Shown piece by piece: positions 25,471 to 38,300 of a stretch of DNA of 64,000 bases; within the stretch, counting starts at the first letter, position 1; the number at the start of each line of letters is the position of its first letter. The translations under genes and the position numbers were made by a program. Where the stretch lies: assembly GCF_036971445.1 (NCBI RefSeq), contig NC_091469.1:67704001-67768000 (forward strand), read 5' to 3'. Under the pieces are notes generated by a model, which had not been told where the DNA came from, did not search any database, and saw only the letters and a program-made list of their open reading frames with translations. The stretch is from Narcine bancroftii (lineage: Eukaryota).

Positions 25471-26929
25471 GAAATATTTTATATTTGTCTTCATAATCCA
25501 CCAGTGATCTTTTGTTCTACAGCAGAGTTAGGAGCAAGATGGTGATTACCTTCTTGATGGATGACAGCTAAATGGCAGATGGAAGTTGATACTTGAATTA
25601 ATGCACTATTTCCCACTCATTACCATCTTTACCCAATTCCTCCTTGGCAATCACACAACATGCCACTTCCTGATGAACAAGGTCCCCCACCTCCACTCTG
25701 GCCTGAGATCCTCTGGCAATGGTTTTGGGGCTTGGATATCCAGAGAATATCAACCAACTGAAGATTTGCATAGTCTACTTTCGCCACTGCTAAAGCAAGA
25801 AGAGTTGCACCATGTGGAAAGAGCACCAAATGGTAGGAGCTTGATAAAACATGAAAGTTTTTAAAATAAATTCTCAACAAAATAAAAGCATCTATTGGTA
25901 CCATTCCTATATATCAATTACAGAACCTATAAGGTAGTCAAGAAGTGAAGATCTTCAGTTAAATAAGTGGATGGATTTGGGGTGATGGCTTTAATATGTT
26001 ACTTCTTGCAGTCAACATTAATAATTGAAGCTTTGTGCTTTGAAGGCACAAATAACAGTAATCCATGCATTGAACAAGCTAAAGGATATCTTCATCTCTT
26101 TTCTCTTCAGAAAATCCACAAATTATTCTCTTCTTTCCTGTACAATATTATGCACAAGCAACATATTAACATGAATATGGAGGTCTTCACTTGCACACAT
26201 AAAAGGGCATATGTTCAACAATCTGATGGCATACTCAGTGACTTCTGATACACAAATAACTTGCCCTGCAGAGGTCCTGTGCCTTATGATGCGATTCCTC
26301 AGAATTTTCAGTCAAGTTTTAAAGAGGGTTCCTATGTTTCTCAAGAGTTAGCACTCAAATCTGGAACAAAAAGTTTTGAAAAGTTGGATTTTTGTGACAA
26401 TATAGCACCACAACTGCCCAGGGATTCTGGCAGAGGCTTGCATGTGGTAGTCAACTCACTGAACAGTGGTGCTCTTTGTGGTTGATGAATACTCCTGGCA
26501 GTTGTAGTGGAGCTAGGATTGGCATTTATATGCAATTAAAGCACTCTGTGCACATGGAAAACCTGCCAGAAGAGGAAATAAAATGCCCATTCATTGCAGC
26601 TATCCTGGTCATAGCGTCAAGCGACAGAACTGGTTAGCCTGTGAAACAATTCAGTTGTGCCTACCCATCTGAGTGATCCTTTAGGTATCATTGGTAGTCC
26701 AAAGGAAGGAGACAGAACAAAGAAGTTGAGGGTGGTGGCGACTTTGTCAGAGGTAACTAATGGGAGGCCACCAAGTTTGGCAGGGAAGAGTTGATCTTGA
26801 AGGACATTACAAATATTTTTGACTACCAACATCAGGAAGTAGCCCTTTTCACTCCAAAGATGTAATATCACTGGTTCTCCATAGCTCTGGATCACCTTGA
26901 AAACAGCAACTCATACATACAGTTCCTCT

Positions 26930-27955
26930 TCATTTACTACAGCTCAGCCTTCAACACCATTATTCCCTCAGTGCTGGTCAAGATTCTCCAAACCCTGGGC
27001 CTGGGCATGTGCACCCATTCTGCAACTGGATCTTTGACTTCCTCATCAGAAGACCAGTCAATATGAATTGGAAACAATATCTCATCCCCACTGACAATCA
27101 GTAGAGGCACACCCCAAGGATGCATGCTTACCTCACTGTTCTATTCACTATGCTATCTACAAATTTACTGATGACACCACTGTTGTCAGTCAAATCATAA
27201 ACAGCAATAGCGTACAGGAAGGAGATAGATCAGCTAGTTGAGTGGTGTCACACCAACAACCTTGCACTCAACAGTAGCAAAACCAAGGAGATCATTGTGG
27301 ACTTCAGGAGGAAGTTAGAACACAGACCAGTCCTCATTGAGGGCTCAGTAGTAGAGAGGGTCAAGAACTTCAAATTCCTGGGTGTCAACATCTCCTAGGA
27401 TCCATCTTGGAGCCTTCATGTCAATGCAATCACGAAGAAGCCTTGCCAGCATCAATACTTTGCGAGGTGTTTAAGGAGTTTCAGGATGCCACCAAAGACA
27501 TTTGAAAACATCTAGAGGTGTACCATGGAAAGCATTCTGGCTGGTTGCATCACAGTCTGGTATGGAAAATGCTGAGGACAAGAAAGGGATGTTAACTCAG
27601 CCTGTGATATCAAGGGCACCAGACTTCACTGCATCAAGGACATGTACAAGAGGCAGTGTCTATCCTCAAAGACTCCCACCAACCAGGCCTTGCCCTCTTC
27701 ACTCTGCTACCCATCAGTGGAAAAGGTACAGGAGCCTAAAGCCAACTTAGTGGCACAAGGACAGCTTCTTCCCCTCTGCCATCAGATTCCCGAATGATCA
27801 ATGAACCTAAGACACTGCCTTACTTTGACTTTTCAAGCACTATTTTTATTTTTTTTTTGTAAGGTGGTTTATATGAATGTTTGGACTGTGATATGCTCCT
27901 GCAAGACAACAAAGTTCGTAACTTGCTCATGAGAAAAAAAATTTCGATTCTGACT
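26930..27955 (+). mobile_element. Rex1/Babar-type LINE, RT to 3' end
   Basis: YSSAFNTIIP..L, CNWIFDFL, RGTPQGCML, KFTDDTTVV, WCHTNNLALNSSKTKEIIVDFRR; tail ttcgattctga. Confidence 0.9.
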
Positions 27956-28186
27956 TATTATTCTCATACTTCTGCAATCCTTTCCTGGGCAGTCCTGGCA
28001 GCATCTTAATGAATCTTTTCTGCACCCCTTCCAACTTAAATGAGTGGGAGTGGATATGGAGAATTAAAGGGGCCAAGCAATTGGGTTGGGTAGGAGATAT
28101 AAAAAGTTGATGATGTTGAATTAGGGCTATTTAAATAAAAAGGTGAAAGTCTTAATGTGTTTTTTATTTATATATATATATATATA

Positions 28187-28340
28187 TTTCTTCTTCTTTG
28201 GCTTGGCTTTGCGGACGAAGATTTATGGAGGGGTAATGTCCACGTCAGCTGCAGGCTCATTTGTGGCTGACAAGTCTGATGCGGGACAGGCAGACACGGT
28301 TGCAGCGGTTGCAGGGGAAAATTGGTTGGTTGGGGTTGGG
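28187..28340 (-). mobile_element. RTE-clade LINE 3' end inserted into a (TA)n tract
   Basis: PNPNQPIFPCNRCNRVCLSRIRLVSHK zinc-finger-like C-terminus and a (GAA)n tail, with (TA)n on both sides. Confidence 0.8.
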
Positions 28341-28361
28341 TATATATATATATATATATAT

Positions 28362-28402
<41 letters not shown>
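28341..28402. repeat. Compound (TA)n(CA)n microsatellite
   Basis: Directly visible in the sequence. Confidence 0.95.
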
Positions 28403-28405
<3 letters not shown>

Positions 28406-29047
28406 TATTTAGAACACTAATTTCCAGTAAAGCAATACAGTCATAGTGCAGATGGATAAAGGTGGTACAAATTTTCATTTGCACACAAAGTGAAAATTAT
28501 TTTGAATTTTAGGGGATGTTGTGGACTGAAGCCACCACTTTCTTAAAATTCAAAAACACTCTACATTCCAAATTGAACACTTGTAGATTAATTTTATTTC
28601 TTTAACAAGTTTCCTATGTCTCAAGGTCACTGCAAAATAAAAATCACCATACATCACTCGGATTGAATCTTCCACTTCTGAACAGTGACTCCTAACAAGG
28701 TGTAGCCTTGATACAACCATACAGTCCATCATCATGTTGGCTCTATCTCTCTTCCTCCCATTCCATTCCTCACCATTTCTTCCATCAAGCCTATTCCCTC
28801 AAACAGTTTGACTGAGGACAGTGAAAACACAGCTGGATAAAAATGACAGCATTTTAACCAGAGATTACCAATTAAGGAGAAGGAAAGTTAAGTTTGTAGG
28901 GATGCATTTTTCTCTACCTCAAGCATCCCAAAGTAATTTACAGTCAAAGAAGTGGGTTTAAAGTGTAAACACTTATAGAAAACGTGGCATTTAGCAGTTA
29001 ATTCTCAAAAAAAGCAAAAAGATCAAGAGCAAATAATCTGTTTTAGT

Positions 29048-29625
29048 TAAAACACAATGCTGGAGAACCTCAGCAGGTCAAACAGTATACTTTATGTAGC
29101 AAAGATAAATATACATAGCCAATGTTTCAGGCTTGAGTCCTTCATCAGGGCATGAACAAAATAGTGGGGTTGGGGGGGGGGGGGAGCGGCAGAGTCCCAA
29201 AGGCAAGAGCTGATAGGTGGATAAAGAAGAGCAGGCACACCAGCAAACAAGGGAAGTGGAATGGCCCTGTGAATGGAGAGAGAAGGGGATGAAGAGCTAG
29301 AGGAAAGCTAGAGGGAAGAGAGGGAAAATGGGGAGTAGGCTAGCAGAAACCAGAGAGGTTGTTATTAATGTCATCAGGTTGGAGAGAGCCCTGTCTGGAA
29401 ATTGCTGTTGTACCCTCCATCCACATTACCTCCTGCATGTGGGTCTGTGCTTCCCCCCCCTGCCCCTTCCCACCACCATCTTGTTCGGACACCTGCCGAC
29501 ATTTTTTTCATACCTTGATGAAGAGCTCAAGCCCAAAATGTTGCTACATGAAAGCACACTTGCTGATTTTTTCCAGTTTTGGTGTTTTTACTTTAATCAT
29601 GGTGTATGCAGGCTTTCATATTTTA
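29048..29625. mobile_element. Penelope-like non-autonomous element with inverted terminal repeats, each carrying a hammerhead motif
   Basis: Left arm is a minus-strand terminal repeat (motif at 29124-29148); right arm is a plus-strand terminal repeat (motif at 29515-29542). Confidence 0.75.
29114..29154 (-). ncRNA. Minimal type I hammerhead ribozyme motif (Penelope-associated)
   Basis: 5'-catgcc CTGATGA agg-actcaag-cct GAAAC att ggctatg-3'. Core boxes, stem II and stem I are intact; GTT appears as ATT, consistent with CpG decay. Confidence 0.65.
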
Positions 29626-30221
29626 ACTCTAATCTGCAAGAAGGGTAAATAAAGACCAGGATGTTAATGATTAACTCTGTTTTTGAACAAGTGGCACAAG
29701 ACCAATTACATCCACGCAAGAGAGTGGGCAGGTCTCAGTTTAATGTCACACCTCGAAGAAGACATCGACAGTGCATCGAAACTTCAACATTCCAGTGAAT
29801 GCCACGCAAGGTTTTTTTGAAACTTGTAATCTTTTGACTTGGAGTGCCAACAACTGAACCATAAATCATAGGAGGTTATGTTCACAACTAGCGGGTGGCT
29901 ACTGACTCTTAAAGGAACTTGCTAAAAATCATTTATCCAAGTTTTAAGTTTGTGAGACAGGCAACATTCGCACTGATGATATAAAAATATGGTGAGAAAG
30001 GGCTTTTTCACATTGGCGCAGATTCATTCAACACAGGAAAACTATAAAATACTACAATTCCCGAGATGTATCAGGCTTATTTCCAAGATTGTGGTTTGTT
30101 TTTGGAAATGTGGCACAACTTGCTGAAATAATTGTTGATGTTTGAACTGCGTGGACATTTGACCAGGAAGTTAACTGACTTTAAACATTACTGTAGTAAT
30201 AAAAAATAGGGTCCTAAAGTC

Positions 30222-30655
30222 AGAATTGAGCAGTATGGAATCAGGCCCTTCAGTCCACCTCATCCATGCCAACCAGATTGTCCATCTCAGCTCAACTTAT
30301 TTGTTTGCATTTGGTCTATTTTCCTATCCAAGTACCTCTCTAAATGTCTTTTGTATATCACAAGTGTACCTGCCATGACAGATTCCTTTGGCAGCTCGTT
30401 TCACATACCTATCACCTTCTGTGTGAAAAGGTGCCTCTCAGGTCCATTTTAAATCTTTCCCCTCTCATTTTAAATTTGTGCCTCCTGGTTTCAGATTCCC
30501 TCTCTTGAGGAAAAGGTTTGTGACCAATCCCATTCTTCATCCCTCTCGTTATTTTAAATCTCTCTAAGGTCATCCCTTGGCCTTCTGCACTTCCAGCCTC
30601 TCCAGCATCTCTTAACCCAAGCCCTGCTAATTTGAATCTTGTCTCCACCAATTCC
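30222..30655 (-). mobile_element. CR1 3' end
   Basis: ORF 30412..30735 ends ERFKITRGM...ESETRRHKFKMRGERFKMDLRGTF; CR1-type 3' UTR follows (cagtatggaatcaggcccttcag on the plus strand). Confidence 0.8.
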
Positions 30656-30660
30656 AGCTT

Positions 30661-31231
30661 AATATCTGCAGTATTTACTTGGCATAATGGTTGTAAGAAT
30701 TCAATGTGATCTGTGAAAGCAACAGCATGCAGCACGAAGCGGCAACCTTACTTTTCCATCTACGGAGTTAACAATGTTAGCACCCAGAAAATCTATAACG
30801 TTTCTGCTGAGCTTTCATTGTCATTTATCATAGCACAGTACAATGGACTAAAAGAATTGCCTTCCAGTGTCTGAAAAACCTCCTGTTCTAGCAGAAATTC
30901 TACACAGGTATCATAACCATTATAAAATGCCCAGTGCAGAGGGGTGTAACCATGATTGTCTGAAACTGTGGAAGCAATATCCATCGAGTATGCAGCTTGA
31001 AGAAGGGCTCCAAGCACTCCTACATGTCCACAGGCTGCTGCCAAATGCAGAGATGTGCTGCCCTTGCAGTCCCGAATTAAAGAGTTGGCATTGTGTTGAA
31101 TTTTCGACGCACTCTTCATGACCAGTAACTGCCCCTCTGTGCAATGCTGTTGGATCCCATTTGTCTTTGGCATCTACATTTGCTCCCTTATTAATAAGTG
31201 AGTACACACAATCTGTATGTCCATTCAAAAC
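30661..31231 (-). pseudogene. ANKRD28: Processed pseudogene fragment of PP6 ankyrin-repeat subunit A
   Basis: Intronless and frameshifted: VLNGHTDCVYSLINKGANVDAKDKW..TALHRGAVTGHEECVE / SLHLAAACGHVGVLGALLQAA...DNHGYTPLHWAFYNGYDTCVEFLLEQEVFQTLEGNSFSPLYCAMINDNE / LHAVAFTDHIEFLQ. Closely matches recalled ANKRD28. Confidence 0.9.
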
Positions 31232-32370
31232 AAAACAAAAAAAACTTGGTTGTAGGAGGGGCATGATTGGCAGCTCAATATTACAGGATTCCATTGTTTT
31301 TGGCTTTATAGAACTGGGGGGTTAAAAGGTGGAGGAGTTGCATTGCTTGTTGGAGAAAACATTACAGCAGTGCTATGGCAGGATAGATTGGAGGTCTCAT
31401 CCAGTGAGGCTATTTGGGTGGAATTGAGGAATAGGGAAGGCATGAAAACACTAATGGGAATGTATTTATAGACCACCTAAAGGGCTGAGGAAATTAGAGG
31501 AGCAAATTTATAAGGAGGTAGCATATATGCGTAATAAACACAAGGTGGAGATTATAGATTTTAAACTTTCCACACTCTTGCCCAGTAGTTCTAGGCCCCA
31601 CTTTAATTTTTCAAAAAAATGTACGCCAAAACATATATTCAAAAGAAGTTTTAATTAAATCATTTACTGCAACTGTATTTCAATGCAACTGAAGTCGGGA
31701 ATACACTGGAACATATATTTGATATTCAACTACTATTTCAATGTCAACCATCTCAAACACACATTCAACAATTGTTGTCACTTCAGTGGGAACCTTGCCC
31801 TTGCCGCTGGCTGCAGATATTTTTTGATTCGAGGGACTAATTTTGTTAGTTTCAACCTTAAATCTCCACGTTTTGTAATTTCCAGTCAGTTTCTCTTAGC
31901 TTGTAGCAAATCACTAATAGCACTGAAGCCACATTCTACTAAATAAGATGATGGAAAATGTATCAATAGTTGCCTTGCTAAAGTAGTTCAGTTTGGGTAT
32001 TTCTTTTCGATCTCGTTACACAGGCACATTATGATTCCTTTCACTTTGAACAGAGTTTCACAGATTCATCATGTTGCAACTCAATTAACTCCTCTTGGTA
32101 TTGCACTGGAACTTCAGATAATTCCACCAGCAATGGCTGAGTTAACCAAGAGGGAAAATCCATTGCCTTTAAATCACAAAATCTATCATTGAAGTCAGTA
32201 ACTAACATTTTCAAATAGTTAACAATGACGTTTGTAGCAGCATTAGTTACCTCACACTTATTTACCCAATAGAATTGACTGAAATTTCTTGCAGAAATAT
32301 TCCTTTAGCATAATTCTAGAAGTCCCATGAATCCAAATATCTTTGTTTTTGCATCAACGAGCGTCATATT

Positions 32371-35300
32371 AGGGGCATGGCATGATGGCGTAGGGAAAAG
32401 AGGTGGAGAAACACCTTCCCCAGCAGAACTACTCAAAACCCATTTTACAACTTTTTATAAAATTTTTTAATCCGTTGATATTATTGTTGAAGAGTCCTAA
32501 TCTGCAGCTATGAGGAAAATCAAGGCTCAAATGGTGAAAAAAACAGCAATTAAACAGCTTGGAACTGTGGAAGAAACTCAGCCTACCATACAAATGGAAC
32601 CTCCACCTCAGCCCAGGCCACAATGATCGTCTATGGGTAGGTCATATAGCACACCGGTGCCGATCTTGCGTACCGCCATGCAAGATGGTGGTGGTGACAA
32701 ACAACGATCCTCTCCTGAACAAGAAGATCAACCGCGTATGCACGCTACACCCAAACTGGCCCAGTCTGCGGGGGGACATGACTTAACTCAGCCCAGTGAC
32801 TCTGGGCGGGGGGGGAGTCCGCACCCACAGTCGGGCAGCCCAATCTCCGTGGTGATGGAGGAGGAAGAGGAGGACATTGCTGGATTAGAAAAAGAGGAGG
32901 AACAACTTTTGGAAGTAGAAGAAGGCCTGAACTGAGAAAAACTTTTAAGCTTAAATCAAACCCAGTGTATTCTAATCCTGCTTTATCTGATATATCAAAC
33001 AAATGGAGTATCTGGCTGTGCAGATGAGCCAGGGATTCTCAGTGGTCAAGGAGCAATTTAATGAGATGAAAGGTGCAATGTCTGACATGAAAGGCAAAAT
33101 ATTACTATTAAAATGGATGTTAATAAGTGCTTGAGTTGTGGATAAGGTTCAAGATAATTTTAAAAAAGATAGAAGAGGCATTTCTTGATTGAAAAGATGA
33201 TGTGGAGCAATGTAAAGAAAAAATGGAGCAGATGGAAGATTCGTTCACAGTTTAGGAACTTCAAAGGAGTGATTTACTGAAGAAGATTGACGTATTGGAG
33301 AATCAGAGTCGGAGAAATAATGCTAAGATTGTGGGTCTTCTGGAAGATTTTGAAGGTTCGGATCCAGTTCAATTTTTTTGCAAGTGGATTCCCGAGGTTC
33401 TAGAAATAACTTATTTTCCAGAAGACTTGGAACTGGACAGGCCTCAACGAGCGATTAGAAGGAAACCACTTCCAGGTCAAGCGCCATAATCAGTTCTGAT
33501 TCGATGCTTGCATTATCAGGATCGAGAGATGATTTTGAGACTTGACGTGCAGAATGCCAGACGTAATCAGGGCCCTTTGATTGTTAAGAATAATAGAGTA
33601 TTCTTTGATGCAGATTTGAGCCAAGCTGTTATTAAGTCTTAAAGAATTTAATTTGGCTAAAGCTGTTTTGTGGAAGAAGGGTTATAAGTTTGCCTTTCAT
33701 TACCCTGCTGTGTTAAAAGTTTTTTATGGGAATTATCAATCTCAATTTTTTGATAATGATCATGAAGCTCTTACTTTTGATAATTCCTTGCCTGTTAATA
33801 AGCAGTGTCAAGATCAGTTTACTCAACAACTTGTGTCGGTCCTGAAAGGAAAGAATGGAAAATGAGAGATGGAAATTCATCAGTTGATTGATATTGGTCT
33901 TGATGCTGATCAGGTTAACCATGATTTGGAAGCAGCTTAATCGTACTTGACTTGATTATATTATTTTTTGCTGTTTATTCTGTTCGGGGGGGGGGGGGGG
34001 GGGAGTATGGAGGGAGGTGGTCCAACTGCAATTTCTTCCGAAGTCGTCGGCCACTTTGTGGCATTTGTCATTCCCGTGTAATTGATGGGGGTACTACACT
34101 TATATTGTTGTAGTTTCTTTTTTGGGGGGGGGAGCTTTTTTTCTTTTTCATTTTTTTATAGGGGTCTGACTGTTCTTTCTTTCTTTGAGGAGTTCTTTGT
34201 TATGAGCCATGGAAGGTGCTTTGCCACTGTGGGGTGTGAAAATAGCTTGTTATAGCCAACTTAAATTTTGCTACTTTTAATGTTAATGGGCTCAATAATC
34301 TGATCAAGAGAAAGAGGGTATTAGCGTATATTAAAAAAATGAAAGTTGACATTGCATTTTTGCAAGAGACTCATCTAACTGAAAAAGAACATCAAAAGTT
34401 GAAAAGAGATTGGGTTGGGCATGTTATTAGCTTCTTCCTTTAATTCCAAGGCAAGGGGTGTTCCTATTTTAATTCATAAAAAGTTATCTTTTACATTGTA
34501 TTCAGTTTCTGAAGCTGTTGATTGTTAATTGTAGAATTTTTTCAGAAGCTTGGACGTTAATGAATATTTATGCTCCCAGTGTGGATGATGAATGATTTAT
34601 GGTGGATGCTTTTTTTAAATTTAAATCAGGCTTAAGATAAGGTATTGGTTGGAGGTGGCTTTAATTGTTGTCTGGAACCATTGTTGGATAAATCTCCAAA
34701 ATAGGTAGGTAAAGCGAAGATGACTAAGCAATTAATGACAGTAATGAAGGATTTGAATTTGGTACAGATTTGGAGAAAGTTAAACCTGACCGAGAAGGAT
34801 TTCTCTTTTTATTCATCCAGGCATAATTCTTATTCGAGAATAGATATATTTTTAGTGTCAGCGCAATTGCAAGGAAGAAATTTCAAGGTTGAATATAAAT
34901 GTAGGATTTTGTCTGATCATTCATTGTTATTAATTTCTTGTACTGGTCCTGAGGATGTAGAGAATGTGAATCGATGAAGATTTAACCCGATGCTGTTGAA
35001 AAATCCTGACTTTATTAAGTTTTTGAGAGATCATATACAGTAATTTTTGAAAATAACTGTGGGTTCGGTTGATAATAAATTTGTTTTGTGGAATGAATTG
35101 AAATCTTATTTGAGGGGACAGATTATTTGTTATACAGCTAGAAATAAAAAAACATTTGGCTCAGGTGAATGATTTAGAGAAGGAGATAAGAGATTTTGGA
35201 GAAAGACGTTCAGCAAGATGCGACGGAAATTAAAAAAAGTTTATTTAACTAAGTTAAAATTAAGGTATAATTCTTTACAAACTTAAGTTTGAGAAATTAT

Positions 35301-38300
35301 TGCAGAGAACTAAACAACGCTATTATGAATTAGGTGAGCGTGCTCATAAAGAGTTGATGTGGCAAATGAAGACTGAACAGGATTCCAGGATAATAAATGC
35401 TATTAGACGGGATATGTTGATTACTTATAAACCCCAAGAAATTAATGATGAATTTCGTTCATTTTGTGAGAAGTTGTATGCTTCTTAAGTATTGGAAAAT
35501 GCCAAAATTGACACCTTTTTGACTGATTTAGCTTTACCATCTTTAAAAGATGCAGAGGTTAGGGATTTAGATGCATTTTTTTTTATTGTTGTGGAGGTTA
35601 AAGAAGCACTAAAGGCAATGCCCAGTGGGAAATCCCCAGGAAAAGATGGTTTTACTTCAGAATTTCAAGATTTGTTACTTCCTTCGTTGATGGAGGTTTT
35701 GAAACAGGCTACAGAGAGTGGTTCTTTTCCAGATTCCTTTTTTAGAGCATTGATTACAGTTATTCCTAAGAAGGATAGGGATCTGCTGAAAGTGGGATAC
35801 TATAGACTGATTTCTTTATTAAATATAGATTATAAAGTTGTTGCCAAGGTTCTGGCTAATAGATTAGCTAAATATTTACTGGATTTGATTCATGTGGATC
35901 AAGCTGGTTTTATTAAAAATCAATATTCTGCATATAATATTGTAAAATTGATTTCTTTAATTAATGTTTCTCAGGGGCAATCCGGCCAACCTATGGTAAT
36001 TGCTTTCGATGCTGAGAAGGCCTTAGATAGAGCGGAATGGGTATTTTTTTTGTTTAAAGTGTTGGAGAAATTTAAATTAGGGCCACTTTTTATTGGCTAG
36101 GTAAAGACTTTATATAAAAATCCATCGGCTAGAGTGGTGACAAATGGACAAGTATCTCCTTTGTTTGTATTATCTACATCGACTAGACAGGGTTGTCCTC
36201 TGTCGTCAGCTCTCTGCATTGGTGAAAGTGTAGCCAACCACTACAAAGAAGCACACAAACACAGTGTGGCAGGTTAAGCTCACTGTTTTATTAGGGCTGG
36301 AAAGGCTGCTTTTATACTGTTCAAGTTCCTACCGTTTTTTGCTGATTGACTGAGTCATCCATATGAATAACAATAGTGGGCGGGAATAACCATGCATATG
36401 AATGCTATTCTTTCCTAGCCTGTTTCTACTGAGTTAGCTGGGCAGCTTGGCCAACACCATTTTAGGGCTGTTGGTCTGATGTTGCCCCAGCTTCTACCGC
36501 CGGTTCGTTGTCCTGGGAGTCACTTTAGTGATATCTGTCCACGTCTGCTGCTGCGCGATGTGGCGGCCCGATCTCCGCAATTGAGGGCCGCCACGATCCC
36601 CCTCCAGAACCAGCGTTACAGTCTATAGTGTCCGTAGGTATAGTCCCCAAAGCCTTTTGTGGTCTGCCTCTGCATCAAGGTGTTGGTGTCTCCACGGGTT
36701 CTGTGGGCAGGTTTGAGTTTATCTTTAGTGAAGACCTTTGGTTTACCACCAATGTCCAGCCCAAAGGTGGCTCTGTTGTTCCAGATGACTTGAAAGGGAC
36801 CTTTGTATGGCTTCTGCAGTGAACGGTGGAGTCCTCTGCATACAAAGACGTACTCACAGTCCTTGAGTTGTTTGGGGATGTTTGGCTTGGCTTGTCCATG
36901 TCTGGAGGGTGGGATCGGAGCCAGTTTACCGACCTTCAAGCGCAGCCTCTCCAGGAAGGTGGTGGTCTCCTCCTGCTGTCCTCTGGCCTGTGGAATGAAA
37001 TCCCCAGGAACTGTGAGTGGGGCTCTGTAAACGAGTTCAGCGGAGGATGTGTGGAGGTCTTCTTTCGGTGCTGTTCGGATGCCCAGTAGTGCCCATGGTA
37101 ACTCATCCATCCAGTTGGGGCCCTTGAGTATGTTCAGGAGGGCGGTCTTGAGGTGCCTGTGGAAATGCTCCACCATGCTGTTGGCTTGCGGGTGGTATGG
37201 CGTCGTATGGTGTAGCTGAGTGCCCCACAGGTTGGCAATGTCGGTCAACAGCTGGAGGTGAACTGTGCGCCTTGGTCAGAAATTATGTGCTGTGGAAGTC
37301 CAAATCTTGCAATCCAGGATGAGAGGAGTGCTTTGGCACAAGACCTGGTGGATGTGTCAGCCAGGGGGATTGCTTCTGGTGAAGCGGTCGACAAATGTGA
37401 ACAGGTAGCGGAAACCCTGAGAGACTGGCAAGGGTCCCACTATGTCCACGTGAATGTGGTCAAACTTGTGTTCCATTGGCTCGAAAGGCTGTGGGGGGAC
37501 CTTGGTGTGTCGCTGCACTTTGGCTGTTTGGCACTGCATACACGCCTTGGCCCACCCCCAAACTTGTTTCTGCAATCCATGCCAAATGTATTTGCTGGCC
37601 AACAGCCGGACCGTAGTCCTGATGGATGGGTGTCCCAGCCCGTGGATGGAGTCAAACACTCATCGCCTCCATGCCGTTGGGACAATAGATCGAACCTGCC
37701 CAGTGCCCATGTCGCACAGGAAGGTAGTAGTACCTGTGCCGACTGGAACATCCTGAAGTCGAAGGCCTGTGACAGTGGTCCTGTACTGCGGGATCTCGTC
37801 ATCCTGCTGCTGTGCCTCTGCCAGTGCTGTGAAGTCCAGACCGTTGAACAGGGAGTGGATACTGTGTCTTGACAAGGCGTCTGTGACCACATTCTTTGCC
37901 CGAGATGTGCTTGACGTTGGTGGTGTACCCCGAGATGTAAGGCTAGTGTCTCTGTTGGCGGGCTGACCAAGGATTGGAGATTTTAGCCAGGGCAAAAGTC
38001 AGTTGTTTGTGGTCCGTGAAAGCCCTTCCCTCGAGAAAGTATCGGAAGTGGCGGATGGCTAAGTACAGTGCCAGCAGCTCTCTTTAGTTCAGGGGGCCAG
38101 AGGTGTTTGCTGAAGAAGGCTAGTGGGTACCAACTTCCTTCTATCTGTTGCTCCAAGACACCACCAATCACTGTTCCCGAGGCATCGACTGTGAGGGCTG
38201 TGGGTACATCTGGTCTGGGGTGGGTCAGGAGTGCAGCTTTGGCCGGGGCTTCTTTAGTTTCCACAAACACACATGTGGATTCGTCGTTCCAGGTCAGTTC

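Noticed and set aside
28143-28484. ORFs with YIYI/THTH/CVCV runs
   Set aside because: They are artefacts of the microsatellite and the RTE fragment.
30661-31231. Functional ankyrin gene or exon
   Set aside because: It has several frameshifts, no splice sites, and is only a fragment.
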